Source: Treponemataceae bacterium (GTDB lineage Bacteria; Spirochaetota; Spirochaetia; Treponematales; Rectinemataceae). Taken from it: DNA of 64,000 nt. The notes beneath the pieces were generated by a model, which worked only from the letters and a program-made list of their open reading frames with translations, was not told the DNA's origin and searched no databases. A program made the position numbers and the translations under genes. Positions 51,717-60,559 of the stretch are shown here, one piece after another (position 1 is the stretch's first letter; each line of letters starts with the position of its first letter). The stretch spans positions 768,001 through 832,000 of the forward strand of contig CAXXVZ010000003.1 in NCBI GenBank assembly GCA_963678065.2, read 5' to 3'.

Positions 51717-53645
51717 GTCGAGTAGACATGTCATCCTCAAAGCGTTGTACAACGAGTAAGAGAATGCACACCCCTCATAGAACCGAACTTGCGGATTTCA
51801 AGCATTCGGCTCTTCGACGATATTCACCACATGCGCTCTTGAGAGAATACAGGTAATGGTAGATTCGTGGTTTCGGCAGCTCGTGGCGTTCTAGGTAGAT
51901 GGAAAAGGCAACCCAGTCCATGCAATTCTTCTGGCTCCGCCTATTTATCCACTTGAACACCATTCGCCGTACCCTATGTAAAAGTTTATAATACTTTGAG
52001 AGTTTCTGCTTATCCCATAGTAGCGAAAATGACCCAGAAGTTTGGCCTTGAGTATTGTCCACCATTCCTGTATTGGTACTCGGTTTCTGATATTCTTCAA
52101 CCATTGGTTCATTTCCTTCAGCTTCACAGCCAGTTTCTTGCGATCAGTCTTGTGGCCGAGCTCGAAGAATCCGCTTCGCGTTTTATCCATGTAATGGGTA
52201 AAATCGAGGAAATTGAATGTCTCCGGCTTCGTACCATTCCCCTTCGCGTCCCATCCGGCGAATCGTCCGAACTCAATAATCCGCGTCTTCTCTTTTGTCA
52301 GCTCCAGATTGAATTTATCAAGCCGTCCCATGAGCGCTTTGAGTATCTTTTCCGCTTCGTCCTTGTACTGTACGCAGATTACAAAGTCATCAGCATACCA
52401 CGGCCATTTCCACTACCCCACGGCATCGAGGCTTCACTACGCGCTTAAGCCCAATAGGTCGAGCACATAATGAAGATATACGTTGGCGAGTATGGGGGAG
52501 ACGATCCCACCTTGGGGAGTTCCCGTAACACTCTCGTGAAACGTTCCTTCCTCCATCTAGCCGTTGTGTAGAAAGCGGGCGATCAGGTGCAGCAGGTTCG
52601 GGTCGCTTATCCTGTGCTCCAGGAACTTCAGTACCCAGGAATGCAAAACGTTGTCGAAAAATCCCTTGATGTCGCAGTCAATCACATGATTGACCGGTTT
52701 CGTCATGATGATCTTGTCGACACGTTCCACTGCCTGGTGACAGCTCCTCTTGGGGCGAAATCCATAGGAGCAGTCGAGAAAGTTGGCTTCGTATACCGCT
52801 TCCAGTATCCGGGCTATCCCTGTTTGGACTATCTTGTCCTCTGTCGAGGGGATACCAAGCGGCTGCAGTTTCTTGTTGGCCTTGGGGTGTATTGTATACT
52901 CCTCGCACCGGCTGTGGCTTATAGGCCTGACTTTTCTATCTCACCACGAGATTCATCAAGTTTTCGTCGAGGGTTCGTCCGTGTTCTTCTATTCCGATCC
53001 CGTCGATTCCCGCCGCCTTTCCTTCCTTGAGTATCTCAGAGCACTCTCTCAGATTCGCTTCATTGAGCAAATAGGCCGCGTTGTTGATCTTTTCCCCGTT
53101 TCCTCTCCTTGTGATCTCGGCCATGAGGGTCAGTTTCGTTTGTATGGTAGCCTCGTCTCCTGTACGATCTATGTCCCTCTGCATACCGCCGCCGATCCCT
53201 TCGAGTGAACTGTAGTCCTCGCGGGCCGTTACCCCGCTACACCTCTACTACGAATCAGTCCGACTCCCGATGGTCATCTCCGCGTCCTCGCCTTTCCAGC
53301 TTGTCAGCGGATATCCCCATATTTCGGGAACCCAGCAGGGCCCCCAAGTTCCTGTGTTTTCCGTTCGTGGCCAGACCGCGGCCTTCGACACCGATGAAGC
53401 GATGCAGCGCTCGCCCTGACGTGCCGTACCGTGTTGCCTTCCGGCTATTGAACGCCGTCGGCCTCCATGACTTGTCCATTTCGGAGCTCAATACCTTCGC
53501 TCGCGTTGCGGTCTAGGCAATTCCTTCAAGCGGCTTTATCGCTTCCCGTTACCGGTAACGATGCGCTGTCAGTGGCAGGTGGTCGGCTCGACCTTGCCTG
53601 CGCCGGACTCTAGCCGGCAAGAAAACACAAGCTTTCTTGGCGCAC
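51717..53645 (-). mobile_element. Full-length group II intron with decayed RT (class E-like)
   Basis: 5' GTGCGCCAAG at 53645; domain V gagccgaatgcttgaaatccgcaagttcggttc; domain VI ending ctactcgac at 51717. Confidence 0.88.
51830..53184 (-). pseudogene. ltrA: Group II intron reverse transcriptase/maturase with stops and frameshifts
   Basis: KAAGIDG, PLGIP, SYGFRP, DIKGFFD, GTPQGG, YADDF (52398-52384), FNFLDFTH, GHFRYYG; no endonuclease domain seen. Confidence 0.9.
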
Positions 53646-53659
53646 TCAATAGTGGACAA

Positions 53660-53704
53660 ATGGGGCGCAGCGGAATCCCCGTCCAGTGTAGCGCGTTGTT
53701 AATC
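53660..53704 (-). other. Left half of an attC site, truncated 14 bp before the intron 5' end
   Basis: GATTAAC-aacgcgctacactggacggggattccgctgcgccccat, 5 nt after the cassette gene stop. Confidence 0.65.
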
Positions 53705-53709
53705 GATAC

Positions 53710-54570
53710 TCATGTCTGTTTGTCCACGTGGCCACTTTCCATAGTGTCCGGATTCTTGACGACAACCGCACCTGCTCCAGACGGAATCCATGCACTCAGA
53801 CGCATTTCCTCATCCTGTGTCAACGGGAAAGCTGTTAGCGTCGCATGTGACCCCCATGCTTGAAGGATTGCCTTAAGATACCAGACCTGCGGCTTTGTCA
53901 ATGCGCTTACGAATTCGACTTGAACGGCCTTGGGATACATCTGCCAAACGAGATTGCGGAAGACCTCCGCGTTGTCAGGCAAACAGTTAGCCCAGATCTG
54001 TTCTGTTCTTTGCGATCGCTCGCGAAAGAGACACGATCCCCATTCGTCGGGAATAGCTGAGAGAAGCTCGTCTATATCTGAGTCAGGTGAATACGCAGTC
54101 AAACACCAAAAAGGCCGTTTCTGAGTGATTTCAGATTCAATCTTTGTGCTATTGATCTTCGTTCTCACTCGCGCAAGGACGTCATCTGGTGTTGGATGCA
54201 CCAACGAAAGAGCCCGCGCAACATACTCAAGGGGAGTTCCACCTTCGTCTCCCAAGGAATCAGATGTCAGATAGAAGTTCCCAAGGTTCGCTTGAGCTAC
54301 ACTGTTCCAGATATTCAGTCTTATCGCCTCCCGACCAAGGGAGATCGCAGTCACCAAATCCTGTTTGAGCCATGCCTGTGCCGCTGCAGTTGCTCTTTGT
54401 CCTGACTCTCTACGAGCAGCAGCGTGTTCCTCAACCGTTTCTATTCGATTTGAGCGACAATGAGGACAGGCATATAGACCCGGTGCCATTAACCTGTGAC
54501 AATCGATACATCGGTCAAGGCCTCTGAGGAACATGTATCCAAATGATTTGCGTTGTGTTGATTCTTCCAT
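53710..54570 (-). CDS. Zn-ribbon plus TPR-like protein, gene cassette
   Basis: CIDC...CPHC, AIRLN...AQANLG; ATG follows GTTAGTT and a ggag RBS. Confidence 0.7.
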   Translation of the reverse strand: MEESTQRKSFGYMFLRGLDRCIDCHRLMAPGLYACPHCRSNRIETVEEHAAARRESGQRATAAAQAWLKQDLVTAISLGREAIRLNIWNSVAQANLGNFYLTSDSLGDEGGTPLEYVARALSLVHPTPDDVLARVRTKINSTKIESEITQKRPFWCLTAYSPDSDIDELLSAIPDEWGSCLFRERSQRTEQIWANCLPDNAEVFRNLVWQMYPKAVQVEFVSALTKPQVWYLKAILQAWGSHATLTAFPLTQDEEMRLSAWIPSGAGAVVVKNPDTMESGHVDKQT

Positions 54571-54581
54571 ATTCTGTCTCC

Positions 54582-54643
54582 AACTAACGTCTGCGGCATC
54601 AGCGGCAGGGCGAAGCGCTGTCCGTCTGGATGCTGTTGTAGAC
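54582..54643 (-). other. attC site (canonical architecture, R'' one base short)
   Basis: gtcta(a)caacaGCATCCAGacggacagcgcttcgccctgccgCTGATGCcgcagacGTTAGTT; L''/L' boxes with extrahelical bases. Confidence 0.85.
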
Positions 54644-54706
54644 ATCCCGACACCAACACAACAAGCAGCACGGGCTCTCTACGCCTGGCAGCTCGGAGCG
54701 CATCCG

Positions 54707-55275
54707 TCACTGGGCAGGCACGAAGCCCATCACGGACATGACCTCTGCGCTCAGCAGATGATCGCTTCCGCTGGGATACACGTATCTACCATCCTTCACG
54801 CAAGCGTCGAAGCCGAGATCGACTTCTCTGCACATGGCGTGGAACTCGTCTATCGTCCTCAAGACGCCCAGCGTCGTGCAACCAACGTAGCCTTCTACTG
54901 CAGCGCGCACTAGCGAATCATGAATGTAGCTGAGAGTTGCGACGTGGTCTGACCATACTGCGACCACGTACGGTCTGAACCCCAACGCACTGGTGTTCTG
55001 GCGCGTGATGAAGTCCTTCTCAACTCCGGTGGCCGAATCATTCACAAGGTGCTCTCCAGACCTGACCCAGCTGTCAAGGTCTCCCCAGTTCGACGAGTCA
55101 ATTGGGGACACACGCAGCTCAAAGAAGGCTGTTCGGGCCTGGGCGTGCAGGTGTCATTCTCCGGACAGACGGTCTCCAGGATGGACTGGCAGAAGTACCT
55201 CTGCGGATTGAACTGCGCCCGGAATGTGGAGTCAAAGACGAACACTACTCCACCTTCGCGATCGACAGTATTCAT
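54707..55275 (-). pseudogene. Cassette gene of unknown function, probably frameshifted (ORFs 55275-55042 and 55111-54707)
   Basis: Two overlapping minus ORFs fill the interval between two attC sites. Confidence 0.45.
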
Positions 55276-55318
55276 GCGCACACCCCCTTCTGCGTAGATG
55301 GACGTCTGTTGCCGGTGT

Positions 55319-55425
55319 GCCCAACATTGGCTTGACCTTTAAACCCCGTGCTTGAGCGAAGCGATGGCTTGTCGTGGTTCTTGCGTAATCTTCTCGCAAG
55401 AACCACGACAAAGGGGCTTTATAAG
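55319..55425 (-). other. Long attC site whose left end is replaced by a group II intron 3' end
   Basis: cttataaagcccc pairs with ggggtttaaagg; internal ttgtcgtggttcttgcg stem; ends aagccaat-GTTGGGC. Confidence 0.75.
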
Positions 55426-55850
55426 GTCGAGTAGGCCAGGGAAATTTCACCCCCAGCCCCTCACAGAACCGTACGTGATAGGCTCCCATCATACGGCTCT
55501 TTATATTCAACCAGTACCATACCAGCTTAGTTCCCAGTGCTCGAAAAGCTGCGGCAATCGTCTGGCTTCATTTGCGATAAACGCGAAGGCCATGTACCAA
55601 CTCCGCTTGAGTTTCCTGTATCGATTCTTTGCCCACTTAACTAAAATCGCATTGAACATCTCACAGATGCCGACCAACGCAGTTCATCGAGACTTCCCAT
55701 AATAGTTTAGCCATCTCCTCTGCGATCGGAGCGATCACTTCATTATGACTAAGCAATACAACTATGCCTTTATTGCTGCATAAGGTTTTTGCTTTATCAC
55801 CGTTAGGAGGGTGGTAATTCTTTTGAGGACAAAAATTAGATGTGCGCAAC
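55426..55850 (-). mobile_element. Second group II intron, 3' fragment (class D-like)
   Basis: Domain V gagccgtatgatgggagcctatcacgtacggttc, domain VI ...ccctggcctactcgac; maturase remnant WLNYYG...LVKWAKNRYRKL...PQLFEHW; left boundary approximate. Confidence 0.85.
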
Positions 55851-56011
55851 TTCCCTCGCCGCAACAGAGTGGAAGCATGACAACGCATCCTTACTCATCG
55901 ACGCGGGGAACACCTCCACAAGTATGACTCTATTTTATTCTTGTTTTGCATGCTGTCAACTAAGAATCTTCTCAATAACAAGAGGCTGTCTAGGAAATGA
56001 TTCCCGGACAT

Positions 56012-56101
56012 GAAAGGGCGCGATTGGCTGTTCACTACTTAGGATGCTCGGATCAAACTCAAGAGACTTTATCCACAGATTAGCATGTAACAGAGTACAA
56101 G
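56012..56101 (+). pseudogene. Second IS630 3'-end remnant
   Basis: gatgctcggatcaaactcaagagactttatccacagatta is nearly identical to the first remnant around 46590-46630. Confidence 0.85.
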
Positions 56102-56270
56102 CTACAAATATTATTTAAAATTTGGGGTCTTCTCAAACCAAAAGCCTCATCGTACACCTACATCTGAGTATTATGAAGTTATTGCGGTTTTTCATGCTTT
56201 GACCGCGGGTATCGGGTATGGAGACCGCGGATAGTTAGCTGGCGGAAAGGAAATCTGGGAGAGGAAAGGA

Positions 56271-57011
56271 GTGACGAGAGGGATGACGTTGAAGGAGTTG
56301 GTGAGCGCCGCGAGGGTGGAGATTGAGAAGGGAGAGGGGGCGGATCGGGGGGTGCTTGCGGAGCTTGTGGGGAAGATGGAGCCGCAGGTTGTGAGGGATC
56401 AGGCGGCGCTCGCGCGGCTTGAGAAGAGGTCGCTGGTGGTGGGGGATCGGAGTCCTGAGGAGGTGGCGAAGGTTTTTCAGGATTTTGAGGATTTGAAGAA
56501 TGCAGTTGAGGAGCTGCGGGCGGCTTCGGAGGAGAAGGATCGGAGGCTTGAGAAGGTGGCGAAGGAGCGGGCGGTTTCGGAGAAGGGGCTCGCTGATGCG
56601 CTTGCGGGGGAGAAGTCGGCGGTGGCGCGGTTAGTCTTGGACAATGGGCTGACGGCGGAGTTGTTGCGGGCGAATGTGAAGGCTTCGTTGATTCCGGCGG
56701 CGAAGGCGTTGATTCGGGAGAAGGGGATTCTGTCGATTGAGTCGGAGGGGGATATCAGGCGGGCGGTGGCAACGCTGAAGCGGGAGGGGAAAGAATCGAG
56801 GGTGGAGCTTGCGGCCTATATCACGGAGTTTGCGGCTTCGGATGAGGGGAAGGAGTTTGTTCAAGCTCCGGCGAATTCGGGAGGTGGCGCGAGTGAGGCG
56901 AGGGGTGCGGGGGCTGTGCAGGGGAAGGTGATGCGGGAGGAGGTTTTCGCGGCGCTGCCACCGAAGGAGAAGGCCCGGTTTATGGCGGAGAAGGGGGCGC
57001 TGGTGGCGTAG
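56271..57011 (+). CDS. Capsid scaffold protein
   Basis: Coiled-coil charged sequence, FVQAPANSGGGA, terminal FAALPPKEKARFM; directly upstream of capsid. Confidence 0.75.
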   Translation: MTRGMTLKELVSAARVEIEKGEGADRGVLAELVGKMEPQVVRDQAALARLEKRSLVVGDRSPEEVAKVFQDFEDLKNAVEELRAASEEKDRRLEKVAKERAVSEKGLADALAGEKSAVARLVLDNGLTAELLRANVKASLIPAAKALIREKGILSIESEGDIRRAVATLKREGKESRVELAAYITEFAASDEGKEFVQAPANSGGGASEARGAGAVQGKVMREEVFAALPPKEKARFMAEKGALVA

Positions 57012-57127
57012 GTCAGGGATTCGAGAGTGGTTGGGTGGTGGTGCGGGGCGGGCCTGTCGGGAGACAGTCCCCTACCCTCGCGTTCTTTTTTTGAAGGGCC
57101 ACTGTCGGGAGACAGAGGGAGTTCGGG

Positions 57128-58276
57128 GTGGGAAATGTGTTTACGGCTCTGATGCCGGTGCTGTTTTCGGCGGCTCAGGAGATTTCCTGCGAGCCGTTCG
57201 GGATCATCAGTGCGATTTCGTCAAATTTTGACGATAAGCAGGTGGCGAAGGGCGATGTGGTGAAGGTGCCGCTCGCGTCGGGCGGGGTACCTGAGGATTT
57301 TGTGCCGGCGAATGTGCCGCCGCAGGGGGATTCGGATACTGCGGGTGAGGTGGATGTTCAGATTACGGCTTCGAAGAAGCGGTCCTGGCATCTGACGGGA
57401 GAGCAGCGGCGCTCGCTCGAGAATGCGGGGACGGACAAGGAGTGGCTCCGGCAGAAGGTTATGCAGGAGATGCGGGCGCTCCGGAATGCCGCGGAGGCGG
57501 ACTGTGGGCTCGCGATTGTGGAGGGTGCGTCGCGGGCGTTCGGGGTGGCGGGGACGACGCCGTTTGCATCGAGTCTTGATGACCTCATCGGGGTGCGGAA
57601 GGTTTTGAAGGACAATGGGGCTCCGATGGCGGACTTGCAGTTTGTCTGCGATACGGCGGCTGAGGCGAACCTTTTAAAGTTGGCGACGATTCAGCAGGCG
57701 TACGCGGCGGGTTCCGATGAGGAGCGCCGGCTGGGGCGGATCGGGCGACAGTTCGGTTTTGCGATTTCGAATTCGGCCCAGATCGGGCTGCACACAAAAG
57801 GGACAGGCACTACCTACCTCATCAATGCGACGACGCCGATGGCGGTCGGGGACTGTGAAACGGTTCTCTCCGCGGCTGGGGGCGGGTCGGGGACGATTCT
57901 TGCAGGCGATGTGGTGACGTTCGCGGCGGATGCGGTGAACAAGTATGTGGTGAATGAGGGTGTGTCGGCGATCGCGCAACGGCTCGCGATCGGGCGGCCG
58001 GGCGTGCGAAAGGCGATTGCGGTTTCGAATGCAATCACGGTGGGGGCTTCGTATACGCCGAGTCTCGCGTTTGAGCGCGGGGCTGTGGTGGGGATCATGC
58101 GGCCTCCGGTGATGCCGGCGAATCCGACGATGAGTCAGACGATGATCTGCGACGCAAAGGGGATGACGTATCTGCTGATCGAGATTGCGCAGTACGGGCA
58201 GGTGTCCTGGGAGTTGCACCTGGCCTGGGGTTTCCGGGTGATTCAGTCGGAGCATGTGGCGCTCCTTCTCGGGTAG
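57128..58276 (+). CDS. Major capsid protein (P22 coat-protein-like)
   Basis: 382 aa, ILAGDVVTFA, LAFERGA, terminal LAWG...EHVALLLG. Confidence 0.85.
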   Translation: MGNVFTALMPVLFSAAQEISCEPFGIISAISSNFDDKQVAKGDVVKVPLASGGVPEDFVPANVPPQGDSDTAGEVDVQITASKKRSWHLTGEQRRSLENAGTDKEWLRQKVMQEMRALRNAAEADCGLAIVEGASRAFGVAGTTPFASSLDDLIGVRKVLKDNGAPMADLQFVCDTAAEANLLKLATIQQAYAAGSDEERRLGRIGRQFGFAISNSAQIGLHTKGTGTTYLINATTPMAVGDCETVLSAAGGGSGTILAGDVVTFAADAVNKYVVNEGVSAIAQRLAIGRPGVRKAIAVSNAITVGASYTPSLAFERGAVVGIMRPPVMPANPTMSQTMICDAKGMTYLLIEIAQYGQVSWELHLAWGFRVIQSEHVALLLG

Positions 58277-58308
58277 CCGTTTGTCTTAACGGTGACGGGG
58301 TATGTTGC

Positions 58309-58812
58309 GTGAGTCTCGTGGTGGAAGACGGGTCGGGGGTTGCGGGGGCCGAGAGCTATGCGTCGGTGGCGCGGTTTATCGGGTACCGGAGTGTCTCGGG
58401 GCTGTCGATTCCAACGGAGACGAGGGAAGAGAATCTGGAATGGGCGCTGATCGGGGGGACTGCGTATCTCAACTTCCGGTATGCCTGGCTGTGGCCGGGG
58501 CGGCGATGGTCGAGAGAGCAGGGCTTAGCCTGGCCGCGAGCGGGAGCCTGCGACAAGGAGGGAGTTGCGCTTGTAGGACTTCCGCTCGGGGTTGTGCACG
58601 CGGCGATGGAGGCGGCTCTGGTGGATCTGAATCAGCCGGGGATTCTGTGGGATTCGCTGAACGGGAACGGGACGGTTCGGGCGGAGTCCGAGGGTGGGGT
58701 CAGGAAGGAGTACGAACGGGGGATTCCGGGTCTGCGTTCGTTTCCGGCGATTCATGCTCAGGTGGCGGGTTTCCTCGTGGCTGAGTCGGGTATCCGGGTG
58801 GAGCGCGGGTGA
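58309..58812 (+). CDS. Head-tail connector (DnaT-like phage family)
   Basis: LVVEDGSGVAGAESYASV and QGLAWPR motifs. Confidence 0.8.
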   Translation: MSLVVEDGSGVAGAESYASVARFIGYRSVSGLSIPTETREENLEWALIGGTAYLNFRYAWLWPGRRWSREQGLAWPRAGACDKEGVALVGLPLGVVHAAMEAALVDLNQPGILWDSLNGNGTVRAESEGGVRKEYERGIPGLRSFPAIHAQVAGFLVAESGIRVERG

Positions 58813-59096
58813 AACGACGGGATCTGCTCGCGCTCTATGCGCCGGTGGATGGGTTGAGCGTGGAGCAGGTGCGGACTCGTTCGTATGTGTTTGTGAAGTC
58901 GGTGGCGGGGACTGTGCAGCCTGCGCCGGGGAAGCTGGGAGCGGAGGGGCGGGGTTTTGTGGTGTTCTGTGATCCGGATGCGGCGATCGGCGAGGATTCG
59001 GCCTTTGGGTATGGCGGGGCGCTTTATCGCGTCGGGGCTTTGGCGGTGTGGAAGAAGCATGTGCGGGTGGCGCTCGTTCGTGTGGAAGGGGGATGA
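58809..59096 (+). CDS. Probable head-closure protein
   Basis: Size, position, GTVQP motif, GTGA coupling. Confidence 0.5.
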   Translation: MKRRDLLALYAPVDGLSVEQVRTRSYVFVKSVAGTVQPAPGKLGAEGRGFVVFCDPDAAIGEDSAFGYGGALYRVGALAVWKKHVRVALVRVEGG

Positions 59097-59471
59097 GTGG
59101 TGAATGTAAAGGCGTGGTTGTTGCCGCGGCTTGTACATGATGCGGGGATTTTGGGGGTGTTGGGGAGTCCGGGGAAGCTGGTGTACGGGGCGCCGACGAC
59201 GCCGCCGGCCCTCCCCTTTCTCGCATACAGGGAGTCGGGGAATCGGGATTCGCACTTTTCGATCGAGGGGGTTTGGGGGGTGGAGTCGACGTTTTCGTTC
59301 GCTCTGTACGACAGGGTAAGTACGTCGGCGCTCGAGGAGGCGCTGGATCGGGCGATGCGGGGGATGGGATTCTACCGAATGCTTGGAAGGGATGTTCCGA
59401 ATGGGCATGGGGAGTGGGTGCAGAGGAGCGTAGGGTACAGGAGGGTGCTCAGTGACAGGGAGGTTGCGTGA
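59097..59471 (+). CDS. Probable tail-terminator-like protein
   Basis: Position and the pattern LPFLAYRE...DRAMRGMGFYR. Confidence 0.55.
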   Translation: MVNVKAWLLPRLVHDAGILGVLGSPGKLVYGAPTTPPALPFLAYRESGNRDSHFSIEGVWGVESTFSFALYDRVSTSALEEALDRAMRGMGFYRMLGRDVPNGHGEWVQRSVGYRRVLSDREVA

Positions 59472-59656
59472 GGGGATTTTGTTTGGAAGAGCAGGATGCG
59501 CAAGATGCACAGGACTCGCAGGATGCACAGGATGTGCGGGAGAAGCGTGAGGGGGAAGGGGTCAGGATTCGGATGATCGACGAAGAGAGTCCACTTGCAG
59601 CGCTGCGGGCTGTGCGGGAGATCGCTCGGGAGTTGGCGTTGCGGGCTGGCATGTAG
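59468..59656 (+). CDS. 62-aa ORF, possible tape-measure C-terminal vestige
   Basis: Directly upstream of Dit; ends ESPLAALRAVREIARELAL; contains QDA 9-bp repeats. Confidence 0.4.
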   Translation: MRGFCLEEQDAQDAQDSQDAQDVREKREGEGVRIRMIDEESPLAALRAVREIARELALRAGM

Positions 59657-59668
59657 GTCGGATTCGGG

Positions 59669-60553
59669 ATGCGGGTCTGGTTTGAGAGTGCTTCGGGGGA
59701 GGTGCTGGATTTTTCGGCGCATCCGTTCAGGATCACCGAGGTGACGGGGGTGGATCGGGCGGCTGTGGCGGTGGAGGGGTCTCGTGCGCCGGCTCAGGAT
59801 GGGTTTTCGGTGGTGGGGTCGTGTTTTGAGGCGCGGACGGTGGGGGTTTCGGGGGTGCTGACGCCCTACCCGGCTGATGCGGAGTCTGTGGATGCGGTGC
59901 GGCGGCGGATGGTGCGAGCGCTGTGTCCGAAGTCAGGATGCGGGCGGTTCGTGGTGGAGTCGGGCCAGAAGGGGTTCGTAATCCAGGCGATGGCGGTGGA
60001 TTCACCGTTTTTTCCGCAGGTTGATGTCAGGCGGCCGCATCAGCGGTTTGTGCTGCGGTTTGTGTGTCCGAATCCGTACTGGCTGGATCTCGCGGAAACG
60101 GAAGTGGTGATTCTGTACTTCGGGGTGCAAACGGAGTTTTCCGAGGCGGGGATCGCGTTCGGGGCTGGCGGGATCGAGATTGCGCGGTACGAGTGGACCG
60201 AAGGCAGACGGATTGAGGTACTGAATCCTGGGGATGTGGTCGCGCCGATGGTGATTGTGTTCTCGGGGCCGGTCTTGAATCCGACGGTACACAACCGGAC
60301 GACGGGGGAGTTTATCCAGATTCTGAAGGATGTGCGCGCGTGCGAGGTGGTGCGGATCGATTCGGGGTTTGGGCGGAAGACGGTTCGGATTGAGTCGGGG
60401 GGCTGTTCGATGAGCGGGATGCAGTTCCTGAATCTCGATTCCTCGTTTCTGTCGCTCGTGCCGGGGATGAATGCGATCGAGTTTGTGGACGAGGCGCCGG
60501 GGGAAGGGTCGGTGGCCCGGATTGTGTTCCGGGCGCGGTATGCGGGGGTGTGA
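59669..60553 (+). CDS. Distal tail protein (siphovirus Dit-like)
   Basis: APAQDG...FEARTV, FVCPNPYW, NPGDV..P, NP...N.TTGE, LVPGMN. Confidence 0.85.
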   Translation: MRVWFESASGEVLDFSAHPFRITEVTGVDRAAVAVEGSRAPAQDGFSVVGSCFEARTVGVSGVLTPYPADAESVDAVRRRMVRALCPKSGCGRFVVESGQKGFVIQAMAVDSPFFPQVDVRRPHQRFVLRFVCPNPYWLDLAETEVVILYFGVQTEFSEAGIAFGAGGIEIARYEWTEGRRIEVLNPGDVVAPMVIVFSGPVLNPTVHNRTTGEFIQILKDVRACEVVRIDSGFGRKTVRIESGGCSMSGMQFLNLDSSFLSLVPGMNAIEFVDEAPGEGSVARIVFRARYAGV

Positions 60554-60559
60554 ATCGGG

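Noticed and set aside
51717..53645. RT as a diversity-generating retroelement or retron of the prophage
   Set aside because: It has group II intron termini, domains V/VI and a maturase region; no TR/VR pair or avd gene was seen, and the RT is broken.
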